Shown piece by piece: positions 49,450 through 63,380 of a DNA stretch of 64,000 nucleotides. The notes under the pieces were generated by a model. It ran no database searches. It was not told the origin of the DNA and saw nothing but the letters and a program-made list of their open reading frames with translations. The DNA is from Haplodiscus bocki (lineage: Eukaryota): contig OZ296655.1 of the NCBI GenBank assembly GCA_965655095.1, forward strand, positions 27,404,001-27,468,000. The letters are read 5' to 3'. A program made the position numbers and the translations under genes. How positions within the stretch are numbered: position 1 is the stretch's first letter; the number at the start of each line of letters is the position of its first letter.

Positions 49450-51920
49450 TTATCCATATTGACACTCATTAAAGTTGTCGACTTTTTTTTTCAATTGTGA
49501 TTGATTTCACGCAGCGTGTATAGGCCTTCTTTTGGGACCTTCATTTCAACAACATCCAGATTTTCAATTTTTTATTGGTTTCAAGCAATGTCCCAGATCT
49601 TGTCTACGACAACATTGTGGTTAGCCTGAACTCGGATAGAAGGTTTTACTCTGTGTGAAACTTCCGTTTGAAGTGTTTGATTTCCAATGTTTTTCAAATA
49701 AAGGTGTTAACCTCGAATCAATAATCATATTGGCACTGTCTCCAACTCCAGACAACGTAAGCTCTCATTTCTTTGAATTGAGCATCCATTTTGATGATAT
49801 ATTTTTCTTTCACATCAAAGTCCAATGATTGCTTCAACCAATCTTGAGGAGAAAGAAATCCCGTCTCTTGTTCGACACACAATCATTTCATTCAGTTATC
49901 AAGTTAGGGATTAAATTTGACGAACGCTCATGCACTTACTATCCAGCACAATCTGCATGGAGATGCATCATCGCACGACATGCCACACCGTAAAACGGTT
50001 AACATTTCGTCGGAGCTTGGATTAGTCTGGAAAATTTGGCGTTTGTGGGAATCGTTCACACTGAAATAAACGAAACAAAAAATTTAATCAAAAAATGCTA
50101 ACCGAAGTCACTGCTGACTTGAATATTTTGCGCAAAACTGGAACTGACATTTCTTTTATAATTTAACTTTTGCAACTTCATTCAACGATGGAAGGTTCAC
50201 AGTGGTTGTGAGAAATGAAACTATCGAACCTCTCCGTTTTGTAGCTCCGAAAAATTAAATTTAAGACATTCTTCAGGGTGTCTTTTGCGCAAATTGCTGC
50301 AATTTCTTGACAACTTTTAATGATCAGAACCAACTTAACGAGCTTACGGTATAATGCTCGGATTTCGCAAAACAATTCGACACTGTGCTGCACGCGAAAC
50401 TAATTGAGAAACTGAAATCGTACGATATCGGTGGTCACCTACTTCATTTCATCGCTTCTTACCAGAGTGAAAAAAAAATCACTTTGTCAGAATTGGGAAG
50501 TCAAAATCACGCGGAGGAAAACCACAGTAACAATGATGATTAATAAGTCCCTGAGTTCAAGTCTTTGTTTTTCAAAATTTCCGACAGTTTTAATGCGTAC
50601 AATTTTTTCGTTTGCTTCACATTTTCACATGCTGATGATCTCGGCCATAATTTTTTCTTTTTAGCTGCTGTTTTTGGATAAATTTTGGAACAGGAGGTCA
50701 ATGGTTCAAAGATCATTGAAGAAACATCGATGTTTTGAATTATTGTGTTTTGTAATCATTGATGTTCTTCAATGTTTCCATCGAAATCATCAACGTTTCA
50801 GAGATAAGCACATCAAAAACAACAACGATCATTAAGGTTTCCATCAAAATCATTATTTTTTCATCTGCGTTGCATCAACGTCGCATCGTTTTTCCTTTAA
50901 CCATCGGATCTGTTTTGTTTTATGACAACAATCATGAATCAACAATATTACCAATGTGTTCTCGACTGGGGTAGTGGATAACGAAGTCTCGCAAAGTTCA
51001 GTACTTGGAAGCCTCCTGCTTTTTTTAATGAACAACCTACGCGAATGAATTGCTAGTGACGATTGCTTTAAATTTCCGGATGACTTCAAATATATAGCTT
51101 CTGGAAAGACTTGCCTGCAACACAGTGTCTCTAATCGACAAAGGTGATGGGATGAGAACGGCATAACACTAGAAAGAGAAATGAAAACTTGTCAATATTG
51201 AAAAAAGAATTGACTGCACAGCTAACCGGCAAAAATCTCAATCCACAATGAGCCACAAAGGCCTTGGCTGGATTGTCTGTGGAAAATTTAGTTGGAAGAA
51301 AAACTATCGTCACACAACAAAGAATGCACTAAAGCCACTGTTCACAATTAACCGAAACAAATCTTATCTAACTTCAAAGGAGACCAACTTAAACGCCTGC
51401 AAATGTATGTTGTGCCCATCTTGGCGTACACAAGTGCAGTATAGGCCCCCATTAAGACCAGTTTGAAGATGTACAGCGTATAGCAAATAAGTGGATCCTG
51501 AAGTCCAACGTAGACCGCAAATCCCGACCAGTTGCCAGCAGATAATTGGCTGTCTCCCTGTACTACGAACATAATGGTGCTTCAGTACCAGTTACTTCTA
51601 AAGAAAGATAACAGGGGACTAGAGGATTATGGTACAATCCAAATGGAACGAGGCAGTCGAGAAACCAAACAAGCAGTTAGGAGGAAACTGAAGATAACCA
51701 AAATCAGGTTAAAAACGAGCAACTAAGTTTTTGTGTCAAGAGGAGGACCACTGGGCAACACTAATCTGAAAAACTGTCTAATTGGGATATAAAAGGAATC
51801 AAAAGAGCTTAACAGGAACCTACTGGAAGTATTTTAAAAATTTCTGGAGAGAAGATCACGCATACAAATGGCAAATCTGGTTTGCATTTGGAAATTGCAT
51901 CAGCAACAAACCTTGGCAGC
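49450..51920 (+). mobile_element. Decayed CR1-like LINE RT, split by a MITE
   Basis: DFAKQFDTVLHAKLIEKLKSYDIGG (~50370-50435); after the insertion EVSQSSVLGSLLL...NNL...FPDDFK (~50983-51090), KGLG...FSW, and VQRIANKWIL. Confidence 0.85.
50522..50971. mobile_element. ~450-bp MITE (CCACAGT...ACTGGGG-TA; CMC/EnSpm-like ends) inserted in the LINE RT
   Basis: Removing it rejoins adjacent RT subdomains. It has short imperfect TIRs and internal atcattgatg/catcgatg repeats. Confidence 0.65.
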
Positions 51921-53059
51921 ACCATATCAAGAAGAGTAGAAACCAGCGGGGTTACACCCAAAATCCCAAATATTTACTACTGCACTAGTGTATTACCTTG
52001 CCGTAACTGCATACAAGTGATACTTCAACGGTATAATACTTGCAACCAATTTTGTCCGTACCTGTAATCGAACCCACAATCTGTCGCACCCGAACACGAG
52101 ACTCTAGCCTTTTGAATTCCATGACAAAGCTTGTGAACTGCTGAGGGTGATCAACGCTTCACCTGTAGCATGTTAATTGTAAAAAGAGAGTCAATTTGAT
52201 GATCACCGGAAAGAGCTGATATCAGTTGCAAATATTACAAATACTTTAGCCGACAATGACACTGAAATTACCTCGGAAGATTAAACTTGCTAATATAGTT
52301 ACATAGAATGTCACACCTGGGATCTCAGTAAAGAAAAAAGGAGGAAATGATGACATCACCATGACCAAAAAAATTGAAAGGAGCTGATAATTCCGAGTTG
52401 CAATCGGAAATTTCTCGAAAAAGGGCCCCTTGGAAAAAAGATCCTCCAACAACGACTCTGGCTTGAGCTTTAGCTGTGAATGGTATTCGAAAATTTGGTT
52501 CTGCTGAAAAAACCGCCAACACTCAGAAGCTTGCTGAGCATCAAGCAAAAATATCGGCCTTGAAAAAAACCTTTTCACCGTGGAAGCAGACAATACAAAA
52601 ACAGTGGAAGAAAAGTGTGGGCAAGTGAATGTTTATTATACCGTCAGAAAAAAGAAAGTCTAACAAAACTTCTCTTTGTCTTTTACAAGTTCAGCTGATT
52701 GTCCTAATAAACGTTTTTGAAAGTGGATCTACTAATACCCTCAGTTTTGTCGGTTGCTAAAGCTTTTAAACAATGAAGAGTTGGAAAACCCGTTTTATCC
52801 TGTTAATTGAAACCTAGTTGAGTCACCTGTATTGGTGTATAGTCAGAATAAAAGTTAGCTTTTGGTGTCTCGTTAATATTCGATTTGTCGCGCTGCAGGA
52901 AGAGCAAAGACAAATTTAGTGTATTGAGATTCCTTCTTCTTGTTGAGTTGTGAGATTTAAAAGAAGTTTGCGTTGGATGTCTCGTTAAATTTCAAATTGA
53001 TTACGCTGCAAGATGGCCGAAGGCAACTTTGATGAGTTGTCGCGTTATGTCGTCGAGCC

Positions 53060-53700
53060 ATCGGGTTGTTTTAAATTGTTTTGAGTCACCACATATCTGT
53101 ATTAAAAGAAGGTTAGGTGAAATATACCAACACAGATGGAATATACCTAGCATAAGCTCACATATTATAACTGTCAGGTTGTATTGACAACCCATAGCTA
53201 GGTATAAATTGAAGATGGGAATTATCTAAAGTGAACTCATGGACTATGCATCTGGGTTGTTTCGACCGAACATATGTATGTATGAGTCGCAAAATAGATG
53301 CAAAAATTTTAATGAACGCTTATGTGATAAAACATTTAGGTTGATTCGACCGACTGACCAACTCCATGTAGTTGTGTGCAAATAGATTGCACAAACCTAG
53401 AATAGGCTCAAATATCAGGAATTTTTGGTTGTTTTGACCGACTTTAGTCAACTATACCTTGAACGATCAGTGGAATATACCTAAAATAAGCTCACGTATT
53501 ATGAATTATATTTGGTCGTTCTGATCGACCATACACAACCATATTGTGGAAGATTGATGGAAAATGCTTAGCAGAGGCTAAAGTCTATCTAGTTTTGGGT
53601 TGCTTTGGTTATCCATAAGCCTTCATATAGTAAAAGGTTGATTCTAATTAGTTCGTAAAAACTCAAATTTGTTGATTCTTAGGACGTTTTGTTTCAGTTT
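53060..53700 (+). repeat. Degenerate ~80-bp tandem array
   Basis: Recurring gatggaatatacctarnataagctca...ggttgtttygaccga near 53135, 53214, 53297, 53384, 53470 and 53556. Confidence 0.65.
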
Positions 53701-54479
53701 AGGCGTTCCTATCCCATAAGACTGACAGAAATTGTTTCGGATGTGTTCGTGCTTATACGATTTTACGTTGCTTGAACGTCATAGGTAGTCTTCTAGCCAA
53801 GGGCTAAGATCGATTCTTACACAAAACTGTTTTGAGCACGCACAGCAAATCAATACAAATTACAACATGCACTTGAGAACTTTTGAATTCCAGAAGCAAA
53901 TAGAGACTTGGCTGGAAAAAGAAAGATTTTTTCGCTGTCAGAGCTGATCAATCTCTCTCCTTTCTTTGATCTTTTTGTTTTGTTGTCACTGTTCAACGCA
54001 TCGATTCCGATGTAATTTCCATGTCGGGTGAAAGGTTTCGCTCATCTTCTGTATACACGGCAAACAATGGGATGCTTTTGACGCTTTGCTTTCTCAATCC
54101 GATCTTCAGCATGACTTCCATTGACTTCATTTGCAAGAACAGGATCTCCGACTGTTGTTTTGAAAGCAAAATTTTCTGTCAAGGTTCAGGATCATTCGAT
54201 GAGTTTCGCTTTTGAGTCCTTCGTTTTAGACTATGAAGGACACCGGAGAGGTTCCTTTCCGTCACTGATTCCACTGACTTATCAGTCTTATCCACTGTCA
54301 AGGGTGTCCTTGTTGGCGACGTTGGATCATCCTTGCCATCAAAATTCAGAAAATCTTCCATCAGTCCATCTTCAGAAATCTTAGTGCATACCAGAACCAG
54401 GCGGAGAACAAATCAAAGGTGCATCGAGTGTTGAATGTAGCTCTGGTGGCAGAAACTTTCTCCCGAGAGAATTAGATGG

Positions 54480-57400
54480 GGAGCGGGGGCGAAATCGGGT
54501 AATCAGTTTTGATTCATATACTCAGAAAATGTAGGACTAGGTTTCTGCAAATCTCCATCCTTTCCCCAATACTCGTTTTCCAAAATCTTTCAACAAACGC
54601 AAAGGTTCCTGATGGAATACGGCCCAAATGGATGGGTTTTAGTTCATCATCTTCCTTGTACCTCTTGTCATTGAAACAACTCAATGATCCATTGCTTGTT
54701 GTGATTGTCTGCAGATGGTGAGAGTTCGAGCCAATGCTAGTTTTAAAAGTTTTGAATTACTCACGCGTGCGCGGGACATCCCTGTACAACTCACGCTTTA
54801 ACTGTTATTATGCGATCTGTGTGACGCCTTTTGCCGATAGTTTTTGTTTGCAACCGCATTAAATTGAATGTTTTCTTAGCATCAGACCATTGAACTTCTC
54901 TCTTGGAAGCCCTGCAAATTCGTTTTCGCACTTTAATGTGACAAACTTTTGTTCGTTTTTGAGAAATTGATGACTTCGTGGATCGTTTCACAAATTAAAA
55001 TTTTGTCTCAGCTCAACATTTCTTTTAATTTAGCGTAGAAAGTCTCTTTGAACCCATACAAGAAAAAATGAGTGTCTGAGTAAAACGTTGCGCAGTCCGC
55101 TATTGATGTGTATTTTTATCACGTTGTAATGCAAGTCATGCATGTAAAGGTCGGCCAAAACAGGTATCGTAGCACCCACTATTGTAGGTTTGTTCCACAA
55201 AAGTTTCCTTTCTTTGTTGTTAAAGCCGCCAAGTGCTCGCTGGAAACTTTGAAACCGGTTAACTGCCTCGATTGTATCAATCGTTCACCTTGGTCTTCCT
55301 GTTTGACCAGACGCACTTTTTGCGGCTAATTTTGTGCTCCAACGTCTTTCCATAACAGCTAATTTTCTTGAGTGGTTCCTGGTAGGCATTTGAGTCATGG
55401 CGCGTTCGTTCTTAGAGTAAGTTAGCCTTTCCCGGTACAAAATTTGTTGAGATGAACCAATGCAAAGAGTAATGCGGCAAAAGACATCTCTGCGTCTGTA
55501 ATATCCGCCGGCAACTTCGTTGATCACTACTGTTAATTTGGTTTCGAGAACATAATGATAATTTGAATGTTCCTCCAAAAAAGACAAATCTATTTACAAA
55601 TCGCTTTCTCGGTTCTTAAAATTTCGAATTGGGACAAATGTCTTGTCGCCAAATTTGGAAACAAAATCTCATTAGCACTTGAATTTCAAATAACTGAAAC
55701 GTTAGAAGATTTCAGTTGTCCTGTTGTCTTTTCATAAACAACATAAGGTTAAAGGTATAACTTGTTGGAAGACGTTAATTTTGCAGTTGTTCAGATATTT
55801 AAAATTGGACTTTTGTCCAACACCCTTTGGCATTTCAACTTTTCCAAATATCTGATGTACCTGGAGATTAGAGGTGGAGTAGGTGGATGGATATTTTTTT
55901 CGCCAACATGGACCTCCCCTATGTCTGAACAGCCAGCGGGTGCCAATGCTTTATGTGCTATGCCGCGATGTAGCAATACAGGAAATAGTTGAAATCCTTC
56001 TGATTCCGGATGTTTAGTGGCGACGGAGAGCTCGACTTTAGCTCCAATGGAAGAGCAAATCAAGGAGAACGTCGAAAACTGTTAAACGTTTGATGTCAAG
56101 CTGAGATATCTGATTTAGCAACCAGCCAGTCCTCGAAGCTATGGATGTGTGAAAAGTTTCGTCTGCCTTGTGTCAATGTTGAGATACTGTTCACAAGACA
56201 AACCGGTTTTGAAGACTGATTGCATTGGTGACCCAACGAATAGCATCATCCTGTCGTTGGTTTGAACCGGCGGCTCATCCAACTTCATGGCAGTGCCAAA
56301 TCAAAACTTTCGTGTTTTTTGCTGACAATGTCTTTTTTAGATGGTTTATGCCTCGTTCCTTTTCCAGCACATAATCGAGTAGATTAACCTCAACAAACCG
56401 CTGGATTGAATAAAAAAACATTCAGTGGTTTGCTGGATGCTGACGCCATTGGTGACTTTTTATGCTTCTTAATGCTTGAAGGAGCTGAAAGTTCATGAAG
56501 TTGTTATAGATGTTCTTGAAAACGCGCTGTATCATTGCACACGGTTCTACAGTGAGGACAAAATTTGCGAACAAAGTTGTCATGGGCAATATGGAAATGA
56601 ATTGCCAATGCGGCCTTGAAATTTGATTTGAAAGGGCATAAACTGTTTTTCTTGTCTATCTTAATTTGGTAATTTTCGCCAATGAATGGTATGGACGGAC
56701 AGTAGGAATTCTTCTTGTATTCAGCAGAACAATAACAATGGGGTCCACAGTGCTACGAGGAGAGTGCCTCCGGCGGGTTCTCAGCCATTTGTTTGACATT
56801 AAAATCGGGAACAAAAAGTCGCTTTTAAAGGTGATTATTTTGATGGACTGGGAGTCCTGAAGGGTTTGCGAAAAGACATTCTCCACGTTTGTGGCAAAAC
56901 AGAAACTATAGGGTTCCCACGTGACTTGTGTTGCCGGAAGCCGCAATGAGAAATGTGTTCTCATCCAAGATGAGGGGAAAGTTGCCAGCAACATAAAAAA
57001 CGACAAAAACTTGAGTTGAGTTGTTTACATTTGAGAACTAGGTGTGACAACGTACGCTCAGTCAATTCACAGCATTAGTTTTTGTTTTCAGGAAAGTAAT
57101 TATTGATACTGGTCAATCAGAGTCAATCTTAAATGTTGACGACTTTTTACACGGAAAAGTGTGGGCCGTCAACTCTTTTGGGAAACCTAGTTCTACCAAA
57201 CTTCATGGCTGATTCAGCTCTGGGTACAAATCATGTGGTGTGTGCTGTGTGCTGGCTGGTCAAAAACCATAAAGTATTGAATACTTAAATCTCAGAACAA
57301 TTTAACATGATCAAGATGACTGAATGCTAACGCTTCTAAACTTTCATATTCGATTTTCAATCGTTATCAGTTACCAGAGAGGTTACTGCAATCTGGTAGC

Positions 57401-58370
57401 CCCTGAAATTAACTGTGATGGAGCCCAACTTGAACTTGTCAAAATGGAGGGGTTTCATTGTTGGCTTCCCAAAAAGCCTGATTGGTTTTCACTGCAATGA
57501 CAAATGGGTCACGAATAAAAAAATCCTCATGACTCCAGCTGCAAGTTGTTACGAGAAAAAATTTAGTTGATTCTAGTGTAGCGGTAGATGGCAAGCATCT
57601 TTCTCCAGGTTGTTTCAACGGCCATGTATACAAATTGGTTCACTGTCGCTTTACGAACTTGCGGTTTTTTTTACTTATCTTCACTTTTTAGTCCTTTGTG
57701 TCAGCATCATAACTCAAACAGAACTTTGATTTTGTTGTCAAGAATGAAAAATTGAGGGCTAACCGGCTGACAGGATGTTTGTCGTAAGTAAATGTAGCCA
57801 CTGCATTTTTACCAATCAGCGACAAATTGTTTGATTATCTACTTTTTATTCATCTGTCTGTGAAATCTTGGGTTATGAAATCATCAAGACTTACCTCATG
57901 TTTCTATCCCTGGCATTTCAACCACGTGTCCTTGGCTTCTGTGTTCGTTGATAACTCCGTCTCCAGAAGTGCTTTTAGAAATTAGTTCCCATTGGCAGGA
58001 GAATTTGTGATACCATTTAGAGTGACAGTACAGTGCGAAAACTAGCAGTGCAATGCATTGTTTTTAAAACCTTTTCAAGTCTCTCTGTGTGGGATCTGTT
58101 GCATGACAGCCCAAATTTGTTCCAATTGATTTGATTTTTGGCCAATATGCCTCTAACTAAACGTGTGATACGTCTACAAAAATGATTTGGTCCCCCGTTC
58201 TTTCAACTTTCAGCAGAAGACAATTGGGAGCAGAAAAAAATGCCAATCGTTTCTCTAAAGTTTTAACGAAAGCAATCAAAAGAGGCTGTCTAACTAAAAT
58301 TTGTACAGAGTCATGTGATGCCCCAATTATCTACTGGTATTATATTAAATAACAAAGTTCATTTCTGAAA
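54480..58370 (-). pseudogene. polB: Protein-primed family B DNA polymerase (Maverick 2)
   Basis: SCYGKTLE (motif B, ~55345), WNKPTIVGATI...MHDLHYNV, YSDTHFFLY (motif C, ~55075), and SLSCFNDKRY (~54665, conserved C-terminal motif). Confidence 0.88.
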
Positions 58371-58379
58371 AAAAATGGA

Positions 58380-58715
58380 CGGAGTTTTTACTGGCTTCAT
58401 TTTGCGTCTTTTGGTACTTTTTCTCAACCACCCTCCAACTTTCTTCTCGGCTGTTTTTTGGATTATTGATTGTGCCGTTTGTTTTGGTGTTTTACGTTTA
58501 GCTGCAGCTTGCACAGACTCTGGTGAGCTTTGGTTGAACATATCTCACCCAATTGATTTGCACGCAGTGAGCAGAAAGTTTTTGGCTAAAAGGAGTGCAA
58601 CTCTACCAACACCAGTTTCCTTTTATTGAAGTACGCTCAAAAGTTGATGTGTGTGGCCAGAAAAACGAAGTGGAATGGCTTGCCGTGACTAATACGATTC
58701 CTTTAGCAAAACGTT
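58380..58715 (-). pseudogene. Small basic core-like Polinton protein (Maverick 2)
   Basis: RQAIPLRFSGHTHQ...GVGRVALLLAK...KTAEKKVGG...KRRK. Confidence 0.55.
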
Positions 58716-59553
58716 ATGAGTTTCAATGCCAGTGCGTTTGATTCCGTCCCACAAATTGTACGTTCTGTCCGGTTCCGGATAACAATTCAAGTTAATTCCA
58801 CTAACAAGCTTGTAATCAACTTTTTCAATTGGGGCTTCTTAAAACTTTTTGAGCTCTAGTTGAGACAATTTGAAGTTTGCTTGCCGATGATTGTTTCTCA
58901 TTGTCAATGTTGGGTAAAAAGGCCGACTTTACTCCAGCAATGTGTTGTTGTTCAGTGATGTTCGTTTCTCCAAAAAACATGTTTGTTCCTCCATTAGTTT
59001 TTGGTGGACTACCCACTGTGATTGATTGTACTGTTTTCGCCACTTTTTTTATGATTGTTGACCAAGTAAGCAGCAGATGTGTTCTTGTCCAAAAATTTTT
59101 GAAATCTGAAACCTAGTTTATCTACCGTGGAAACTTACCGTGTCAATTTTTCTGCAATTAGGTTCCACAACTTTTTGCTCTCTTTAAAAGCAAGAGTCCA
59201 ATGGCTCAAGAAACCTGGTACTTAATTCTTGTTTTTCCAAAGAGGGCTCTGTCGTTGTGTGTTCAATCTGTGGAAAACTTGAATTTCTTAACCAATCCTC
59301 TCGAGATAGTTGATCTCCACCGTGACTTCCTTTGAAATGTTTACTAATTGTGAGTGAGTGTAGATGAAGTAATCTTTTGTGATATTTTTTGGCTGGTGGG
59401 AAAAAATGTTTCAGGTGAAGCAACTTGCTCGTCACCTTTCAGTTGAATGCAGTGAGCTAAAAACATACTGAAAACCGTCACTGGTTTGTGTGGATGAATA
59501 TCCATCGAATTTGCGGATTCAAGGAGGATATCAATTTGGTCCTTCTGCTTCAA
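58716..59553 (-). pseudogene. Minor capsid (penton) protein (Maverick 2)
   Basis: ILLESANSMDIHP...LKGDEQVASPETFFPTS; GTNMFFGETNITEQQHIAGVKSAFL. Confidence 0.8.
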
Positions 59554-59554
59554 C

Positions 59555-60440
59555 CAATTCGCGTTCGTAAGGCTTTCGTTTTATGATTTCTACGGTATTG
59601 GGTGTCATATTGTATTTAACGGTTGAGAGTTGAAACCATCTTGAATGTGAAAATTTCGTTTGTCTAGTTTTGCTTGCAACCTTTGTTGAGCAGTGAGTCC
59701 TCTCTTGAAGTTCGCACTTTGTTTGTGACTGGATAACCATGTTTTCTGAAATCACTTTTTTTCCAGTCTGCAAGTACCGCAATTGAGGCATATTTTTGTT
59801 CTTCATCTTATTGGGAGCTAGTTTAGTTATTCTATTGACAATTGAACTGGTTATGTTGACAGCTGATTGCGGCTTGTTTACAAAAGATTTAGTCGACTTG
59901 TGTTCGGAATAGATTTACGGATGTTTTCGACGGAACGAATAACTCCTTCTGCAAAAACTAATTCGATTTCACTTTCTGATTTGTTCTCAGCTGTTCCTTC
60001 TTCTTCGCAGGAATTTTGAAACGAACATTTAAACTGCAATCCTTTGTCGGACCAATTTTATTCAGTGTTTTCATTTCCAATCCTTTGCAGCATTGTTTTG
60101 GCTTTTCGAGAAAACATTTCATTCGCAATAGTGGAAATGTTAGGTATAGTGAGAAAACGTCTTTTGCAACGAGTAAAAAGCTGATGACCTTGTTGTATCT
60201 TGCAAGTTTGTCATCATAGATCATATCGATTGACCAGTTTTTTTTGACATTATTAGCAAGATTTTTAAAAGAAGAAACGTTTCGTCTGCCCTCTTGGCGT
60301 TTGCTTTCAGTTTTTCCGATCAAAAGAAAGTCCCCGTTTTCTTGCGTCATATTTTTGATGCTTTTTTCAAGTTCGAAACACAAGCAGAGGCTGCTGCTCC
60401 AACACTGTAAAGATGGTCCAGTTTTTTGGTTCACCTGTTG
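59555..60440 (-). pseudogene. Retroviral-type integrase (Maverick 2)
   Basis: ORF 59958-60434 contains NWSIDMIYDDKLARYNKVISFLLVAKDVFSLYL (WxxD...LxxxDVFS). Confidence 0.88.
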
Positions 60441-61349
60441 AGTAAATCACAACTTAACTGACCTTCCTATCCTGCATCAGAATCTTCGCCAGGTTGCTAG
60501 TTGATTTTTTTTGTCTTTCTTAGCCAACTCTTTTCGGAGTTTTCGGTTAACTTGATACTACTCTTCCTTCTTTTGTCGGATTCATAATCCCTTTCAGTGA
60601 ACATTTTGCTTCCAACTGCGGCGTGAGATTTAATTTCTTCAAAATTTACTTATAGTTTGGAGCTGGTGTCTGTTTCTTGCTTTGTTGCTTGTTGTAAAGG
60701 AAAAATGTTGCATCGATTGAAGTACTATCATCCCCAACTCTAATCATACCATCTTCAAAGATGCAAACGTCTTCAGCTTCTTCATTTTTGCGGAAACATG
60801 GTTTCATTTTTTGGGCTGGATTGAGCATGAACAGTGATTTTAGAAACCGCTTTTGCGCCTCCCACGTGATTTCTGTTCTCCCAGTTGCTGTTCCTTGGTT
60901 TCTTTCGATGAATCATTTTTCAGTGTTTGACGTCGCAAAATTGTTAAAGAAACAACTTTCTCAGGCGCAGTTGAATCATCCCGTCATCTTAAAGCCCTTT
61001 GTCACTTCTTCACATCTTTTTCTGTTGAAATAGGCTCAAAAATTTGCGTTCTCACTCAGTCCAATGACATGAACACCTGCAACTGATTAGTTTCATCTTT
61101 TTTGTTTTTTTGACCAATGATAGACTTTATTCTATTTTTTTTTTAATTTCAAGGGTTACACAGCTTTCTCAGTTCGTCTGCGAAAGGCAGTAAAGTACTT
61201 ACAGCAAAACGATAGCTTCCATCTAATATTTTCCATGCGGTCTTTTATAAAAACTTCAGTTTTTCGTTGTCGTAACGGTCCAGCAAAAAATGTTGATATG
61301 TTGCTGCTTCTTGCTTTTTTGCCAGCGTTTGTGAAAGTGCAACTTTTTC

Positions 61350-61990
61350 GCTTTTATTTGTCAAAAAATTCGTTTCGATTAATGATGGGGGTTTTTGAAA
61401 TGTTGTAAGCGGAGGAACAAAGTTGATTGATCAAAATCGCATGAATCAATTGTTCTTGGATCAAAATCATGTGAAAAGTGGCCGATTGGTTCAGATGTTG
61501 CCTTATTGTAACAATGTGTGAGGAATTCGTTCCGTTCAAGTGCCTCCCAAACATACCAACTTGTTGAAAGCCTCTAAGTGATCTGAATAAAACAACGTCG
61601 AGTTTGTGCGACCACTTACTGTGGTCGAAAAAATTTTATTTGACTCAGATGCTATGAATTCTTATATGTCCCCCTGTTGTTGCAATTCTCAGAAAGAAAA
61701 AATTCCTGATAAAGTTCTTGTCACGACTCATCAAATATGAGTGCACAGTTTTGTATTTTCTTAATCACTTTGAAGACTAGATGGAGTACGAATTCAATAT
61801 CGACTTTTCCGGACAGTTGCTTAAAAACAGGTTGTTAATCCTTCTAAAAGTTGGACAATTTTTCAACGGGATAGTGAACAGTTGGTGAACAAACAATAGA
61901 GAAAAATAATTGAGTTTTCCAGACCTGATCGGTCTAACCATGAACATGAAAAGACGATAATATGAAAGGACGATCCTTTGTGAAACTTAT
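61350..61990 (-). pseudogene. A32-like packaging ATPase (Maverick 2)
   Basis: Decayed Walker A LFMFMVRPIRSGKL (~61910-61955), Walker B LIFDES, IATTGGH (GRH motif), and VLFRSLRGFQQVGMFGRH (LFKxPRDxxQ motif). Confidence 0.8.
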
Positions 61991-62350
61991 TTTGTTAAAA
62001 AGGTCCAGATTTGTACAACATAAGCAACTGCTCCTAGCGAAAGGGCCAATCAAACTCTTTGTTCTTCGCTTATAAGTAGGTCAAACGCCACTTTGTTGAA
62101 AGTTGTAGTATTTATATTGAAATAAATATTGGTTCAGCGAAAAAAAAGATCAGACTGTTTTAATGTGATGGAGTAGCACTATTTCCTTTGAGATCCTTCG
62201 CTTTTGCTATTGTCAAACACAATGTCGTCAACCTGTATGCCGTCCGTTGATTCAACTGTATGTTCTTCCGTCTCAAATATTTGATTTCCTCAGATGAATT
62301 TTTAATGCAAAAAGTGTCATACAAAAGGTACAAACAATTCGTATCAGTGA
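61991..62350 (-). pseudogene. Possible cysteine protease relic (Maverick 2)
   Basis: Weak: G*RHCV (GxHW-like), FFAEP (FADP-like), suitable size. Confidence 0.3.
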
Positions 62351-62949
62351 TAAGGAGTTTTTCCCAGAAATTTCAAAGTTAGCTTAACTTATAAAATTTC
62401 TAAGAGGCAGAGTCATTACTAAGTTTGGGTTTTATCCGATTTCCTTAGTTTTTCCTCCTGGAGAATGAGGCTGGGAAAAATGTATATTCCTAAACATCTT
62501 TTACACCAGCTGTTTCTCCCACTAACTATTTCGGTGGCCTTGGACCATTTTTCCATCAATTTCTATGTGATTGCCGTTTTGTGTTGGTAGCCTAGGGGAT
62601 AGATTGTTGAGCTTCTTGATCAATTCCTAGTGTTATCTGTTGGACATTGTTTCTGATTTAAGGAGAAATGTAGTCTACTAAAACGGTGATTGAGTTGATA
62701 CCTTTTTTGACACAAGTGATTTCTTCAGGGGCTAACTGGATGATGGTTTTCTTAAGAAAGTTATGACTTGCAAAACGACTTCCTCCTTCTTGACTAGGTA
62801 TATACTTGTCTCCGTATCAATTGTTAGTCCCACTGCAATTAGTTGAACTGCTGTTGATAGATGCCGAAGCAGACTGAAGGACATTGGTAGCTTAAGAGTT
62901 TGCAGCTTTGGTTTGCTTGTATACAATTACTGTATTTATTTGATGAACC

Positions 62950-63380
62950 GATTAAAGTAAAACGAAATTTTATTTCTCGAACAATGGTCAAAGTAGCGCT
63001 CAGAATGATTTAGGTTGAAGCAACAACTGTTCATAGAACAAATTAATTCTGTTACTATAGGACGCCCGACACTCAATAAGTCGACTACATGGAACAAAAA
63101 ATAAATTTAAGCCTTTAATCAGAAATTTACCCCTATCACGTAGAAATTTGCGTTTGGAAACTGTTCTTTTGAACCTGTAAAAAACGTAAACGAAACTGAG
63201 CATTCATGATTTCAAGCATTCCAGTCAAGCCACGAATACGTTTTAAACTACAGGGAGAAGCTTTCTCTGCGTCTTGAAGGCTAAAGTGCCTATCAAAACG
63301 GAGACGAAATAGAAAAAATTTTTCAAAACTTTGAACCCTATACAGATAATTTTTTTTGTATAGAAGAGATGGATTCTATG
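62950..63380 (-). pseudogene. Possible DEDD-type exonuclease-like accessory ORF
   Basis: Weak: RGLDWNA* (HGLxWxxG-like, reconstructed across a frameshift) and FYVIG (VKG-like). Confidence 0.3.
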
